A stretch of 64,000 nt of DNA from an uncultured Candidatus Micrarchaeota archaeon (GCA_903884505.1 CAISET010000030.1:29701-93700); one strand, 5' to 3'; positions 43,671 through 54,363 are shown, counted from the stretch's first letter. Made by a program: numbers and translations. Notes: generated from the letters alone by a model not told the origin.

Positions 43671-44633
43671 TTATTTCTTCCCTTTTTTCGCAGGACCGAA
43701 TTTCGCCCCACATTCAGGGCAGAATTTCGCGTCCTTTGCGATGAGCGCGCCGCATTTCACGCAAGCTTTCTGCCCGCCTCCTGCGGCTGGCTGCTGGCCC
43801 GCCTGCTGCGCCATCCCTGCGCCCATGGTCGGAATCATCGCGATTCCTGCGCCGAACGCAGCGCCGCCTCCGCCGCCTTTCGCGAGCTCGCGGCTGCTCT
43901 GCACCATCATGTCCTTCGTCAGGACCATCTCGCTGCGCGCGCCGCTCTTGATGTAGAATAGCCGCTCCTGCCACTCTTTCCAGGTAGCCTCATCCTCTGG
44001 CCTCAGGCTAACTCCTGAAATCTTCAGGTCAATCAGCCCGATTCCGAACCTTGAGAGCTCCTCACCAATCTTGCTCTTCACTTCCGCGCTCGTCTCATCG
44101 AGCTTCGTGTAAATCTCGTCGAACGGGAAGCCCGCGAGCGTGTCCATGAACTTCTCCAGGAAGAACCCGTTCAGGTAGTCGCGGATTTCCTGCGCGCCAT
44201 ATCCCGGCTTCGTTCCCACAACTCCGATAACGAAAAGCTTGGGGTCATCAATTTTGAACCAGAATTCACCGAAAGCCCGGATTCCGACCTGGACAAATTT
44301 CGGCACCTGCGGGTCGTTCGAGAGCTTCAGCATAACGGGCTGGGGCGTCCCGAATTTCCCCTGCGCCTTCCGTACAGTCACGAACACCACTTTGCACTGG
44401 AACGGCGACTTCCCGAAAACGAGCTTGAACGCCTTCGTCAGCAGCGGCAGGTTCGCAGTCGTGAGGGTGGTCCTTCCAGGCCCAATCACGTCGTATGCCT
44501 TCCCATCGCGGTAGAAGACCGCCTGCTGGCTCTCGTCAACTATCAATTGCGAGCCCCACTGGAACTCCGTCCCCGGGTAGGTGTAGACTATCTCGTCGTC
44601 GGTCGTCTGGTCCCATTTGATTACATCAACCAT
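43671..44633 (-). CDS. SPFH/Band-7-family protein (Band_7_1 / T7 gp14-like) with C-terminal zinc ribbon
   Basis: 'VDESQQAVFYRDGKAYDVIGPGRTTL' and C-terminal 'CVKCGALIAKDAKFCPECGAKF'. Confidence 0.6.
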   Translation of the reverse strand: MVDVIKWDQTTDDEIVYTYPGTEFQWGSQLIVDESQQAVFYRDGKAYDVIGPGRTTLTTANLPLLTKAFKLVFGKSPFQCKVVFVTVRKAQGKFGTPQPVMLKLSNDPQVPKFVQVGIRAFGEFWFKIDDPKLFVIGVVGTKPGYGAQEIRDYLNGFFLEKFMDTLAGFPFDEIYTKLDETSAEVKSKIGEELSRFGIGLIDLKISGVSLRPEDEATWKEWQERLFYIKSGARSEMVLTKDMMVQSSRELAKGGGGGAAFGAGIAMIPTMGAGMAQQAGQQPAAGGGQKACVKCGALIAKDAKFCPECGAKFGPAKKGKK

Positions 44634-44643
44634 TCATCTCACC

Positions 44644-45177
44644 TCATTCAAGCCTCAGAAGAACATCCTTTCGCTGGTCGAACTTCTTGTCAAAATCATT
44701 CACGGCACCCTTCAGCTCCTTCACCGTTTTCGGGATGCCGGCGGAGTCGTCAGTTATTTCACTCGCAAGCCCGTCAACAATCTTGCCCATCTCATTCGCA
44801 TCCTTGAAAAGGGCCATGTCGAACTCATAGACCTCATCCAGCGCATCCTCCTTGATTTTAATTGCGCTGAAGAAGCCGGCATAGCCGTAATCGGCCATCT
44901 CCACCTTCCCGATAATCTTGTCCATCAGCGCGGTTATGGCATTCATGGCGGAATACTGCGCAGCCATCTTCGAGTCCACCATGTCCCCATAAGCAGCATC
45001 AATCTTCGAATCAACCTCTTTCAGCTGCCCTGCAAGCTTCATCCTCAGGAGCTTGTCCGCCTCCCTTCTCAGCTCCTTCTCCTTGTAGCCGGCGAACCCG
45101 GGAACCCATGTCTCGAGTTGCTCTAAAAATCGCTTGTTTCCCATTACCCTTCCCTTGACATCCTTAGGAGCGGCCAT
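44644..45177 (-). CDS. Hypothetical protein, probably co-transcribed with the SPFH protein
   Basis: 177-aa helical ORF, 10-bp spacing. Confidence 0.4.
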   Translation of the reverse strand: MAAPKDVKGRVMGNKRFLEQLETWVPGFAGYKEKELRREADKLLRMKLAGQLKEVDSKIDAAYGDMVDSKMAAQYSAMNAITALMDKIIGKVEMADYGYAGFFSAIKIKEDALDEVYEFDMALFKDANEMGKIVDGLASEITDDSAGIPKTVKELKGAVNDFDKKFDQRKDVLLRLE

Positions 45178-45224
45178 CTGTCCACCTCCAAATCCTTCTG
45201 TTCCCGCTCGTTATTAAACGTTTT

Positions 45225-47300
45225 CTATCTTGCCTTTTTCACATCTCCCTTAATCAGTTCCCAGAGAACCGGCCTGAGCTTCTCCCCGAGCAGTTCGGAC
45301 TGCCTCGCCTCCTCGATCATGTCCCCGTCTTTCGGCTTCAGCTCTGAGTATATCGCCCCTGCGATGTTGTAAGCCATCATCGAGAGCTCGGTCATTTCGC
45401 CGCTGTATTCGGCTGGAAACGCGTCCGACTTCTTCCTGCAGACATATTCCAAGTACTCGTAATGCGATTCGTTCCTTGCAATCCTCCCGAGCTTCTCCAT
45501 GTCAATCCTCGCCATCAGCCCGGACACGGTTTTCTCCCGTTCTGCATTATTGTGCATCCCGGTGACAATCGGGGGCATGCTCGTCTCCTGCTGCGGTGCC
45601 GAAGCCTTGCCGTTTATGCGCGTGACGAAAACATGCGCGCCCTGCAGCTTCCCGTTCTGAAACACGGATTGCGGAACGCAGTAGAACTCGAGCTCCCCAT
45701 ATTTCACAAAGTAGCTGCCATTACTTCCCCGCGTTACGTTTCCGGAGAGTATGGCGCCTATAGCCTCATCCTTTGAGAGCATTTCCCTGCAGTTCTTGTT
45801 TATCTTTATCAGCAGCTTCATTTCCCTGACCTCTTTCTTCATCTCATCGGGCTCCAGCTCCAGATTCTTGAATTCCACCTTATCCCCATTCTGCTGCTGG
45901 CCCACTACATCCATACGCCGCGGCCTCAGCCTTCCGAGCTCCCTTCGGATTTTCTCCTTTGAGCCCCCGTCGTTCACAGCCACCAGCCCCTTCCCAAGCG
46001 CGTCCATTGCCCTGTATTCCTGCCCCCACTCCATGTAAATCGCCGCAGCCCCGAGCCATCCTTCCCCGTCATCGGGCCTTACCTCGGCATAGGCGATGAA
46101 ATCCTTCAGCGCTTCTTCGGGCCTTCCCATCCGCTTCCTCACCTCGCCTCTCCTCCTCAAGGCAGGCGGAAAGGCCGGGCTTGCCTTAAGAAGTTCGTTA
46201 AGCGCCATCTCAGCCTTCGGAAAGTTCCCCGCGTCCTGGTAAATTTCCGCCTTCCTCAGCCGCAGGAAAAGATATTCCGGATGCTGCGCAAGCTCCCTGT
46301 CGATGAGCAGAAGTCTCCGTTCCTTCGACTCCTCGCCATTTAGCCTATCCATCGCCTTCTTCTCATCTTCAGCAAGCCTGAAGGCAGGCACCGCATTTGG
46401 CTTCTCGCAGCCCATCTTATCCACGGCGTTCCTCTCGTTCCCGGTCAGTGTTAAGACTGGCGCCGCACTTCTCTGCAGCTCGGCAGCAGGCGCAGCTTCC
46501 GCCTTTTTTTCCGTTCTAACCCGCGCAGACTTGGGCTGGTCCATGAACCTTCCTTTAAACCAGTCTTCCATCCCCGGGACGCGCGCCAGCTCCCGTTGCA
46601 GGTCCGAGAGGAATACTTCCTTGCTCTGGGTTGATGCGCGGGAAGCTGCCACCAGCAGCATGCAGGCCCTGAACGGCTCCTCCTCCACCATCTTGTCGAA
46701 GCGCCCGTCCCCAAGCAGCCTCCTGGCAGTCTTGAGCCTCTCGACCCCGAGCGTTTCCACGGCCTCGCAAAATGATTTGAGAATGAACTGGTTGTTCAGC
46801 AGCTCCAGCTCCAGCACCCACTCCTTCCCGAAAACACCCTCTTCCACAAGCTCGCACATCACCCTTCCCTTCTTCCCGACCTTCGCCGTGCCGATCTGGA
46901 CCGCAAATGCCCAAGAGAACCATTCCCGCGTCCCCACGAAATAGTTGCTCAGCTCTTCCAGCATCTTCGGGAAAAAGACATCGGGCTGCTCCACCGGCAC
47001 CTTGTATGCCGCGTACAGGATGCTGCACATGACCGACGGTGTCTCATCCATCTCCCGCATGAAGCTCTTCTTCCCGAGGTGCTCAAGCACCTGGCCGAAC
47101 GAATGGATGCCGAGCCTGTCCGCCGATTCGCAGAACTCGGCAAAATACCTGCCGCCTTCCAGCCTTATCAGCCATTCCTTCGTGAACATTCCGTTATCAA
47201 CGAGCCCGCTAAGCATCTTGTCGTGCTTTCCGTTCCTCTTAAGAAGCCCCTGCCACGCATCCGTTTCCTTCGGCGGCTGCACCTGGTGCGGTTTGAACAC
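45225..47300 (-). CDS. TPR-repeat-containing hypothetical protein (691 aa)
   Basis: TPR-like helical repeats around 'AEIYQDAGNFPKAEMALNELLKASP...ALKDFIAYAEVRPDDGEGW'. Confidence 0.5.
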   Translation of the reverse strand: MFKPHQVQPPKETDAWQGLLKRNGKHDKMLSGLVDNGMFTKEWLIRLEGGRYFAEFCESADRLGIHSFGQVLEHLGKKSFMREMDETPSVMCSILYAAYKVPVEQPDVFFPKMLEELSNYFVGTREWFSWAFAVQIGTAKVGKKGRVMCELVEEGVFGKEWVLELELLNNQFILKSFCEAVETLGVERLKTARRLLGDGRFDKMVEEEPFRACMLLVAASRASTQSKEVFLSDLQRELARVPGMEDWFKGRFMDQPKSARVRTEKKAEAAPAAELQRSAAPVLTLTGNERNAVDKMGCEKPNAVPAFRLAEDEKKAMDRLNGEESKERRLLLIDRELAQHPEYLFLRLRKAEIYQDAGNFPKAEMALNELLKASPAFPPALRRRGEVRKRMGRPEEALKDFIAYAEVRPDDGEGWLGAAAIYMEWGQEYRAMDALGKGLVAVNDGGSKEKIRRELGRLRPRRMDVVGQQQNGDKVEFKNLELEPDEMKKEVREMKLLIKINKNCREMLSKDEAIGAILSGNVTRGSNGSYFVKYGELEFYCVPQSVFQNGKLQGAHVFVTRINGKASAPQQETSMPPIVTGMHNNAEREKTVSGLMARIDMEKLGRIARNESHYEYLEYVCRKKSDAFPAEYSGEMTELSMMAYNIAGAIYSELKPKDGDMIEEARQSELLGEKLRPVLWELIKGDVKKAR

Positions 47301-47323
47301 GGGCTATTCCGCTCAGTTCAGGA

Positions 47324-48511
47324 TTAATACCTTATCCTCTCGACGAACCCCTCAACCAGCCTGACTGCATTCCGCGCCCCGTTCTCCGAATCCCTTGCCA
47401 GTTCCGCAAGCTTCCCCAGCTTCCCGTTGTGCTTCCTCTCGTTCTCCCGCAATCTTCTCAGCGCGCCCCCCAGGCTCCCGATTTCATCGACCGTAAGCAT
47501 TCTCCCCAAACCCAATTTCTCATACTGCCTCGCATTGCTCTCCTGCTCGGGCTGCCCCCTGTCCGGGACAACGACCGCGGGCTTCTCGAGAAGGATTGAT
47601 TCCATCACCGATGAATGGCCGGCGGGAATAACGAGGAAATCGGCCGCAGCGGCATAGGGGAGCACCTCGGGCAGGAACCTTCTCAGCTTCAGGTTCCCGA
47701 TATCCGCATCCTTCTTCACGAAAAAGCTCGCAACCATGAACTCGAACTCGGGCATCCTCTTCGCGGCCTTCACGACCTCTCCGAGCAGCCCTCCCCTGAA
47801 CCGCTGCCCCCCGAAAGTCACCAAAACCTTCGGCTTCCCCGATTCCCATTTTGCAGGCCTTGCTTTCCTGAAGCACAACTGGTTCATCGGGCCCGTGAAA
47901 AATGTCTTCTTCCTCATCTCCATGCCCTTCGAAAGCAGGGGCAGGCAAATGGTGTTCGGCGGGCTGAAATCGGGTATGAGCACCTCATCGGAAAAGCCGT
48001 AGGGCATGGAGAGCGGCATGTCCACCAGCCGCCTCACCGCTTCCGCAGGCACCCTCGCCCTCGCAAGGATTCTCAGCGCCCTCAGCCTCCTGCTCCCCAT
48101 GACCGGCAGGCGCGAGAACTGGAATTCGCTCTGGTTGGTTACGTAGAAGGTAGGCAGCCCCGCAATCGAGCCCGCAATGACCGTTGAAAGCCTCGAATCC
48201 GAGATTACGGCATCCGCCCCCATCTGCCCTATCTTCCATCTCTCCCTCCCATAAGAGCGCATCAAATCCAGCGGAGTGTCATAGCTCTTTATGATGCTGG
48301 AGACGATGTCGAACCTTCCGCCTTTCCCGGTCATCCTTATCTCGGGGAAAGTCTCGAAGGTATTCATCCCCTCCTTCTTCATGACTTCCAGCGAATCCCC
48401 ATAACCCGCAAAAACAGCCTCGTGCCCCCTCTCCTTGAGCGCGTGGTGGAGGCCAATCATCCTGCTTGTATGCCCGAGCCCTTCACCGCAGAGAGAAATG
48501 AAGAAACGCAT
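47324..48511 (-). CDS. GT1/GT28-like glycosyltransferase (MGT/MurG-like)
   Basis: 'FFISLCGEGLGHTSRMIGL' N-terminal motif. C-terminal donor-binding region 'FGGQ...'. Confidence 0.65.
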   Translation of the reverse strand: MRFFISLCGEGLGHTSRMIGLHHALKERGHEAVFAGYGDSLEVMKKEGMNTFETFPEIRMTGKGGRFDIVSSIIKSYDTPLDLMRSYGRERWKIGQMGADAVISDSRLSTVIAGSIAGLPTFYVTNQSEFQFSRLPVMGSRRLRALRILARARVPAEAVRRLVDMPLSMPYGFSDEVLIPDFSPPNTICLPLLSKGMEMRKKTFFTGPMNQLCFRKARPAKWESGKPKVLVTFGGQRFRGGLLGEVVKAAKRMPEFEFMVASFFVKKDADIGNLKLRRFLPEVLPYAAAADFLVIPAGHSSVMESILLEKPAVVVPDRGQPEQESNARQYEKLGLGRMLTVDEIGSLGGALRRLRENERKHNGKLGKLAELARDSENGARNAVRLVEGFVERIRY

Positions 48512-48628
48512 GGAACGGATTAGCCTCAGGCGGATATTTAAAATGCAGTCTTCTTGCGCGACCGGCCCTACCCGGAGATGTTCTCGATTCTAGAACGGTA
48601 TCCGTATCCGAATCCCAGATGCGCCTGC

Positions 48629-49711
48629 CTATCTCTTCCACGCGATTGCCATTCCCGCGGCTAGCGCCAGCGCGATTCCCGGGATGCATTGCTGCGAGGG
48701 CGCAGGGGTGGGCGTCTCGATTGGAGACGGGCAGGGCGCGAAGTTGCAGTCAGGCGGAATCCTTCCCACCGCACTCCCATCCGGGCAAATCAGCGCATCG
48801 ACGGTGCAGGCAACCGGGGTTTGCGTCCCCTCAGGGGTTGGCGTAATCTCAGGAGTCTGCGTGGGTTGCGGGGTTGCGGTTGGCGCAGGCGTCGCTGTTG
48901 GGGCGAGTGTCGGAGAGCTGACTGGCGTTGGCGTGATGGCTGGCGAGGAGGTTGGCGAAGGCGTTGCTATCGGCGTAGGCGTTGGAGTCGGAGCGGGAGT
49001 CGGCGTCGCCTCTGGAGTCGGCGTTGGCGTTGCTGTTGGTGACGGAGTCGGCGTAGGCGTGGGTGTCGACAGCTCGCTAGCCCTCAGTAGGATGAACGGC
49101 TTATTAGTGCCCGTCCCTGAAGTGATATTCACGGCCCCGGAAGTGTAGACATAGCCGTCAGCACTCACACCCATTGAGCCAGTGCCAGGGGGGACGCCTG
49201 GAAACACATAATAGCCCGCGCTGTCCGTGGTGGTGCTCAGCACAGTCGAAGGCGGCACGGTTATCGCCACGTGCGCACCCTCTATTCCTGCCCCACTGCT
49301 GTTCAGCACATGGCCGTAGACGCTGCCAGAAAGGGTTTCGCCAGCCCTCAGAAGGACGAAATCCTTCCTACTACTTCCGTTCGGGGTGACGTTCACATTG
49401 TCGGAAATCACCAGATAGCCGTCCTTGCTCACGCCCATCAGGCCCATGCCTGCGGGGACATTTTGAATCCTATAAAAGCCCGTACTGTCCGTGGTGGCAT
49501 ACAGCGTCGGTCCAGATGTGTGGAGTGATACGCTCACACCTTCCACCCCAGTTCCACTGTTGTTAGTAACAGTGCCGTAGACCTGGCCCGGAAGGGGCGT
49601 TGGCGTAGGAGTTGGCGTGTTCGGGTTGAACGGAGTCGGCGTTGCGGCAAAGGCCGCTGCAGATGCCAGTACTACCAGCAGAAGAATCGGATATGCTTTC
49701 ATAACACTCAC
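48629..49711 (-). CDS. Secreted protein with two carboxypeptidase-regulatory-like domains, PT-rich linkers and C-terminal TM anchor
   Basis: Signal 'MKAYPILLLVVLASAAAFA'. 'SDSTGFYRIQNVPAG' and 'TDSAGYYVFPGVPPG'. C-terminus 'CIPGIALALAAGMAIAWKR'. Confidence 0.65.
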   Translation of the reverse strand: MSVMKAYPILLLVVLASAAAFAATPTPFNPNTPTPTPTPLPGQVYGTVTNNSGTGVEGVSVSLHTSGPTLYATTDSTGFYRIQNVPAGMGLMGVSKDGYLVISDNVNVTPNGSSRKDFVLLRAGETLSGSVYGHVLNSSGAGIEGAHVAITVPPSTVLSTTTDSAGYYVFPGVPPGTGSMGVSADGYVYTSGAVNITSGTGTNKPFILLRASELSTPTPTPTPSPTATPTPTPEATPTPAPTPTPTPIATPSPTSSPAITPTPVSSPTLAPTATPAPTATPQPTQTPEITPTPEGTQTPVACTVDALICPDGSAVGRIPPDCNFAPCPSPIETPTPAPSQQCIPGIALALAAGMAIAWKR

Positions 49712-49807
49712 CGCATCTTGTTCGTAGCCGCTGTTTAAAATTGTTTTGGGGCTATCTCTCCACGCGCTTACCCGGGACTATTTATATCCGAATCTCATAA
49801 AATCAGC

Positions 49808-50743
49808 ATGACTGGTGAAAGGGCAGAGGGCGCCTCCGCTGAATTTCTCGCAGCGCCCGTCAAATCGGCCCTTATCGTCCGCAACCCCAAGAAGACGGAG
49901 TTCGCGGAAATCGAATCCTCGGTCCGCCACTACCTGAAAACGCACAAAATCGCGATAGCCAGGAACGCTGCGGACGCGGACTTCCTCATTACGCTTGGCG
50001 GGGACGGGACTATCTTCTACGCCCATGCGAAATACCGCGATGCCAACCTGCCCATTTTCGGCATCGGCACGGTAAAGAGCTACATCTGCCAGGCCACCAA
50101 TGAGAACTGGGCGCAGAAGCTCAGTGAGATGCTAAAGGGCGCTGAACTGGAGAAACGGTACCTTCTTTCCTACACGCTCGGCAGCTTCAAGGGCACGGAC
50201 GCGCTCTGTGACATCGTGCTCGTGCGGAGCATCCACAACAAGCACCTCCAAAACCCCTACCGCATCATACCCTTCCAGATAACGGTTGATGGAGAGCCGG
50301 TGCAGATGCGCGCCGACGGCCTCATCTTCTCGACCGCAACGGGCTCCACGGCATACAACAGCTCGGTCGGCGGCCCGGCCCTTCCGATGGATTCCACCAA
50401 CTACGTAATGGCAGGCATAGCGCCATACCGGGTTCCGGAACGGTTCCGCATCCTTTCGGGAAAATGCACCTGCCGGGTGGAGGCCTGGCCCGAAATCAAC
50501 CTTGCGCTCGTGGTTGACGGCATGGTTGCCAAGGACCCTGCTTACGACTGCACCAAAAGCCGCAATCCGCCTCCGCTCGAAATCTTCCAGAGCAAGGATG
50601 CGGCGAAATTCCTCAAATCGGAATCCCCTTCCCACGTCAGAGGCTTAGAAGGCAAGGACCAGTTCTTCGCCTACCATTTCAATAAGCGCCCGCGCATTGC
50701 CCCGGTATGCGAGACAAAGAAGAGGTGCCCGGATGCACGTTGA
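49808..50743 (+). CDS. nadK: NAD+ kinase
   Basis: 'GGDGT' motif and 'DGLIFSTATGSTAYNSSVGGPAL'. Confidence 0.8.
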   Translation: MTGERAEGASAEFLAAPVKSALIVRNPKKTEFAEIESSVRHYLKTHKIAIARNAADADFLITLGGDGTIFYAHAKYRDANLPIFGIGTVKSYICQATNENWAQKLSEMLKGAELEKRYLLSYTLGSFKGTDALCDIVLVRSIHNKHLQNPYRIIPFQITVDGEPVQMRADGLIFSTATGSTAYNSSVGGPALPMDSTNYVMAGIAPYRVPERFRILSGKCTCRVEAWPEINLALVVDGMVAKDPAYDCTKSRNPPPLEIFQSKDAAKFLKSESPSHVRGLEGKDQFFAYHFNKRPRIAPVCETKKRCPDAR

Positions 50744-51761
50744 GGTCAAGTCCAACAACCTCACGAAGGACAGGGTTCCCGCATTAGAATCGCCCTTCCG
50801 CAGGATACCCGCCTTCGACGTCACGATTTCCGCCCTTGACAAGGAAATTCCCTATGTCCTGGGGCGCAACGCAACGGGCAAATCGCAGCCGGGCGGGTTC
50901 GAGACCGCAAAAGTCCACACAATCCGCAACGCCTTGCTGATGAAGGATTTCGCATGGGTCTCCCCTTCCCTTACACAAGAAGGCAAGACCACCCTTCGCG
51001 ACACAATCTTCAACCTCTACGAATACGCCAGGCGCGTCTACTCCTACGATAAGATGGACCTCCACTTCGACTCCACGAAATATGGCGCGGTCTGGGCCCC
51101 GAGCATAGACACATTCTTCGTCGTGGACGGGCTCAAGGCATACGCAAAGAAGCTGCTCGGCGATACCGTCCACAAGGCGATTGAGCTTGGAAGCGGCTCC
51201 GGCTTCATCTCCAAATACGTGCTCAGCAGTGCGCGGAAGCTCAAGGAGCTCCATGCCATTGACCTGGACCCGGATGCGGTCAGGTGCAGCGCGGACAACA
51301 TCCGCCCCCTTGCGGAGAAAAAGGGCGTCTATGACGTTGAGGCGCGGGCTGATGGCCTGGAATACATAATGAAGAATGGCGGGCAGTTCGACCTGGTTAT
51401 ATCCAATCCCCCTTACGTTCCCAGGCATTTCACTGAGGAGGGCAACCCCTATTCCGGCACCGGCCTTTTCATGGGGCTCGTGGAGAACTGCAATTCCTTC
51501 CTCTCATCCGGCGGAATCCTGCTTCTTAACGTCTCCAGCCTCGCGGAGCCCGAGCGCCTCACCGCAATCAGGAAGGCGGAGGCTGGCGGACTGAAATGCT
51601 ACCAGATTTCCGAAATGACCGTCCCCTTCAAGGTGATGCCGGTCCAGAACGATTCGCAGTGGATGCAGTTCCTCCAGCAGAAGCGCGGGCTGCAAACCCA
51701 GTTCCACGATGGCTACGACTACTGGCACAAGCTCAATCTTTTTGCCGTGAAGAAGAGATAA
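50733..51761 (+). CDS. SAM-dependent methyltransferase with NPPY motif (HemK/PrmC-like or N6-adenine MTase family)
   Basis: 'LGSGSGFIS' motif I and 'VISNPPYVP' motif IV. 11-nt overlap with the nadK end. Confidence 0.6.
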   Translation: MHVEVKSNNLTKDRVPALESPFRRIPAFDVTISALDKEIPYVLGRNATGKSQPGGFETAKVHTIRNALLMKDFAWVSPSLTQEGKTTLRDTIFNLYEYARRVYSYDKMDLHFDSTKYGAVWAPSIDTFFVVDGLKAYAKKLLGDTVHKAIELGSGSGFISKYVLSSARKLKELHAIDLDPDAVRCSADNIRPLAEKKGVYDVEARADGLEYIMKNGGQFDLVISNPPYVPRHFTEEGNPYSGTGLFMGLVENCNSFLSSGGILLLNVSSLAEPERLTAIRKAEAGGLKCYQISEMTVPFKVMPVQNDSQWMQFLQQKRGLQTQFHDGYDYWHKLNLFAVKKR

Positions 51762-51790
51762 GTGTGGCCAGTTGGCAGTCAATACGGCGG

Positions 51791-52210
51791 CTACCTAATC
51801 TTCTGCAGCGGCTTCTTCACCTTTTCTACTATGACATCCACTTTCTCAAGTCTAGCTCTGGCTAATACTATAACATCGCTCCATTTCGCTTCATTGCGTA
51901 TCTCGTCCAGGTCAATCGACCTAGTAGCAACCGCAAACTGGATAACCTGATTCTCGTTTATTCTGACACCTCTGAGCACCGTCCCCCCCGCATCCATGAG
52001 GTCGACGCGTTCCAGCAGCCGGGGGTCAGCACCCCTGAGATCAGCGCCTGCGATAACGCAATGCGTGAGATCGAATCCGATTGCCATCAGATCTTCCCTG
52101 AACTTCTTGTTATCGGGTTTGTCAGTCCCAAAGCCGTAAACACCATTCTTGATATTTGCAATCACTTGCCACTTAGTCAGTTCTTCATTCGACCCCATCC
52201 GTATCACCAC
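51791..52210 (-). CDS. Hypothetical protein (139 aa)
   Basis: ORF with coding-like composition only. Confidence 0.35.
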   Translation of the reverse strand: MVIRMGSNEELTKWQVIANIKNGVYGFGTDKPDNKKFREDLMAIGFDLTHCVIAGADLRGADPRLLERVDLMDAGGTVLRGVRINENQVIQFAVATRSIDLDEIRNEAKWSDVIVLARARLEKVDVIVEKVKKPLQKIR

Positions 52211-52400
52211 ACATTTTTTTGCATTAAGAAGAATATATACCTCTGCCCTTCAGCTTCCCGTAAGCATCGAACAGCTTTTGGTCAACAAAGCGTACCCGCC
52301 TCACGCGTAAGTCGTCCTTCATGCTTCCACGCCCTCGCGTTTCACACGCTTCAAGAGCTTCGGGTTCCAGATCCACACGATTGTCTGGCCGGCGAATGAA

Positions 52401-52802
52401 TCATTCCACGTTTCCTTTCAGGTACTTGATGGCAAGCTCCCTGTAACGCCGTGCTTCCGTGTCATCCGGATTTATTTCAAGCGCCTTGTCGAAAGCAGCT
52501 ATTGCTTCCTCAAACCTGCCCAAATCGCCCAGAACGTTTCCCTTGCTATAATACGCATCCGAATTTCTTGGGTTTCTTTTTATCTCCTCATTAAAACATT
52601 CGATGGCGTCCTCATGGCGTCCCAGGGCACGAAGGGAGTTGCCCTTGTTTATCCGTGCAGCACTATTCGGGTTCAGTTTGAGAGCCTTATCAAAAGTTAT
52701 GATTGCCTCCTCATGCCGGTTTGCGTGCTGAAGCTCAACGCCAGTCTCGTTCAACGCAAGCGCGGCCTGGAAAGCTGTTTTCTGCGCCAGTTTCACTGCC
52801 AT
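52401..52802 (-). CDS. TPR-repeat protein (133 aa)
   Basis: Three or four TPR units ('AIECFNEEIKRNPRNSDAYYSKGNVLGDLGRFEEAIAAFDKALEINP'). Confidence 0.6.
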   Translation of the reverse strand: MAVKLAQKTAFQAALALNETGVELQHANRHEEAIITFDKALKLNPNSAARINKGNSLRALGRHEDAIECFNEEIKRNPRNSDAYYSKGNVLGDLGRFEEAIAAFDKALEINPDDTEARRYRELAIKYLKGNVE

Positions 52803-52956
52803 GCCCTGACTTGCTCACGCGGAGAATATAATTATGCATCCTGGAGGAAGGGTTTCTTTCTAATGCTCATTGCTATTTCTTCGCCTTCCTCTCGCTCCGA
52901 ACGCCCACCCAGATGCCGTCCGGGTCCTTCACGAAGCCCGTGGGCATCTCCCTGCC

Positions 52957-54363
52957 TCAGGACCAGTATTGCGATGGCAGCCCGGTCCGCTTAATCTCGT
53001 CCTGCGTCAGCAGCCCGAGCTTGTTCATCTCTCTAAGCACGCTAATGCTTCCGTTGATGGCAATGTTAAGCTCCTGGATTTCCGCTTTTTCGGCAATGTT
53101 TCTTGCAGCGCGCGCCGACATTTTCTCTGGAAATGCCGACTTAAGGAAGTCATATACTCCTTCCTGCACAAAGTTCCGAAGATCCTTTTCATTGATTTTG
53201 GCCCTTTCAACGCATCCGTTAACTATCTCGTCCCTTTCCGCCTTGCCGACAAGGCCATCCCTTGCCAGCAGCGCAATGAGCTGGACGCAGTTCTCCCTGA
53301 CATAAGTATAGCCAGCATCGTCACCGCCTGAGTGGAGCGCACTGTTCATCACATCGCGAATAAGCGTTTCAGGCATGTAGTCCTGTTTTATCATCCCTTT
53401 GCGTGCAAGTTCCAAAAGCATGCCGCTATACTTATAACGTCGGCTAGAATCGATTGTGAAACCCGAGGCCAGGGTTTGGACGAGGGCAGGACAACGTGCC
53501 TCTCCGATAAGGTTTGCCTTCACCAAAGGCTCGAGCACCTTAAACGCGTTGTACCAATCATCGGGCTTCAGCTTAGGCAGGATGGCCTGCACCAGCTCAT
53601 CAGCCTTCCCGGCCTCAATCGGGTGCGCCTCCACTGAATTTACAAAGAGCTCCAAGGCAGGTCCAGCAGTATAGGTATCGTACTCAAGCGACTTGGCTGC
53701 AATCTCAGCCAGTATTCCCCTAATCTTGGCTTCCGGTAGGATGGTGAACGTTATTCTCAAAAACGCGGCGCTTCTTTTCCTGTGATGCTCGTCTTTATCA
53801 TAGAGAGAACGAGTGAATTCGGATGGCAGCGTGCCGGAGATGTCATCCATCTTGAGCACCTTGGTTTCAACGAGCTTGCTGAACAGCGAGAGTGCATGGT
53901 CTCCGGTCACGGAGTCATAAATGCCCATGTTTCCCTCCAAGTAATTGATAAAGCCCTTCACGTGCTTGCTCTCGAATAGGCTTTTGCCAGCTAGGTCATT
54001 GAGGCACTTGAACAGGTACTTGGAAATAGGCGCGGCAGAAAGCCCCTGCATCAGCTTTTCCGATGCAATTTTCGAAGAAGCTTCATCGAGCAGGTCCTGC
54101 TTTGCCAGGGAAGAAAAAACGTTCGCAGCCTCGAAATCCCAGTCTCTATCTTTGTTGGTGATATCGAAAACAACTCCCTCAACCAAGTCCTTGGAAACCA
54201 GCGTTTTGGTCAATTTCTCTTCTTTTATCAAATTGCCTAGGGAAGTCAAAGCGTTTCCCCGTATGATCATATCCGGGTCCTTAAGGTCCAGTTCCAATAG
54301 CTTGACCTGCTGTTGCGTGCGCTTATCAGGTGCGAATCTAGTGTGCATGCATAGATTGCTCAC
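52957..54363 (-). CDS. Alpha-helical-repeat (HEAT/ARM-like) hypothetical protein
   Basis: 468 aa, helical repeat composition, no catalytic motifs. Confidence 0.4.
   Translation of the reverse strand: MSNLCMHTRFAPDKRTQQQVKLLELDLKDPDMIIRGNALTSLGNLIKEEKLTKTLVSKDLVEGVVFDITNKDRDWDFEAANVFSSLAKQDLLDEASSKIASEKLMQGLSAAPISKYLFKCLNDLAGKSLFESKHVKGFINYLEGNMGIYDSVTGDHALSLFSKLVETKVLKMDDISGTLPSEFTRSLYDKDEHHRKRSAAFLRITFTILPEAKIRGILAEIAAKSLEYDTYTAGPALELFVNSVEAHPIEAGKADELVQAILPKLKPDDWYNAFKVLEPLVKANLIGEARCPALVQTLASGFTIDSSRRYKYSGMLLELARKGMIKQDYMPETLIRDVMNSALHSGGDDAGYTYVRENCVQLIALLARDGLVGKAERDEIVNGCVERAKINEKDLRNFVQEGVYDFLKSAFPEKMSARAARNIAEKAEIQELNIAINGSISVLREMNKLGLLTQDEIKRTGLPSQYWS

Noticed and set aside
51791-52210. 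Pentapeptide-repeat assignment for the 139-aa protein
   Set aside because: Only a short stretch (ADLRGADPRLL) loosely resembles the repeat, which is not enough to claim the family.
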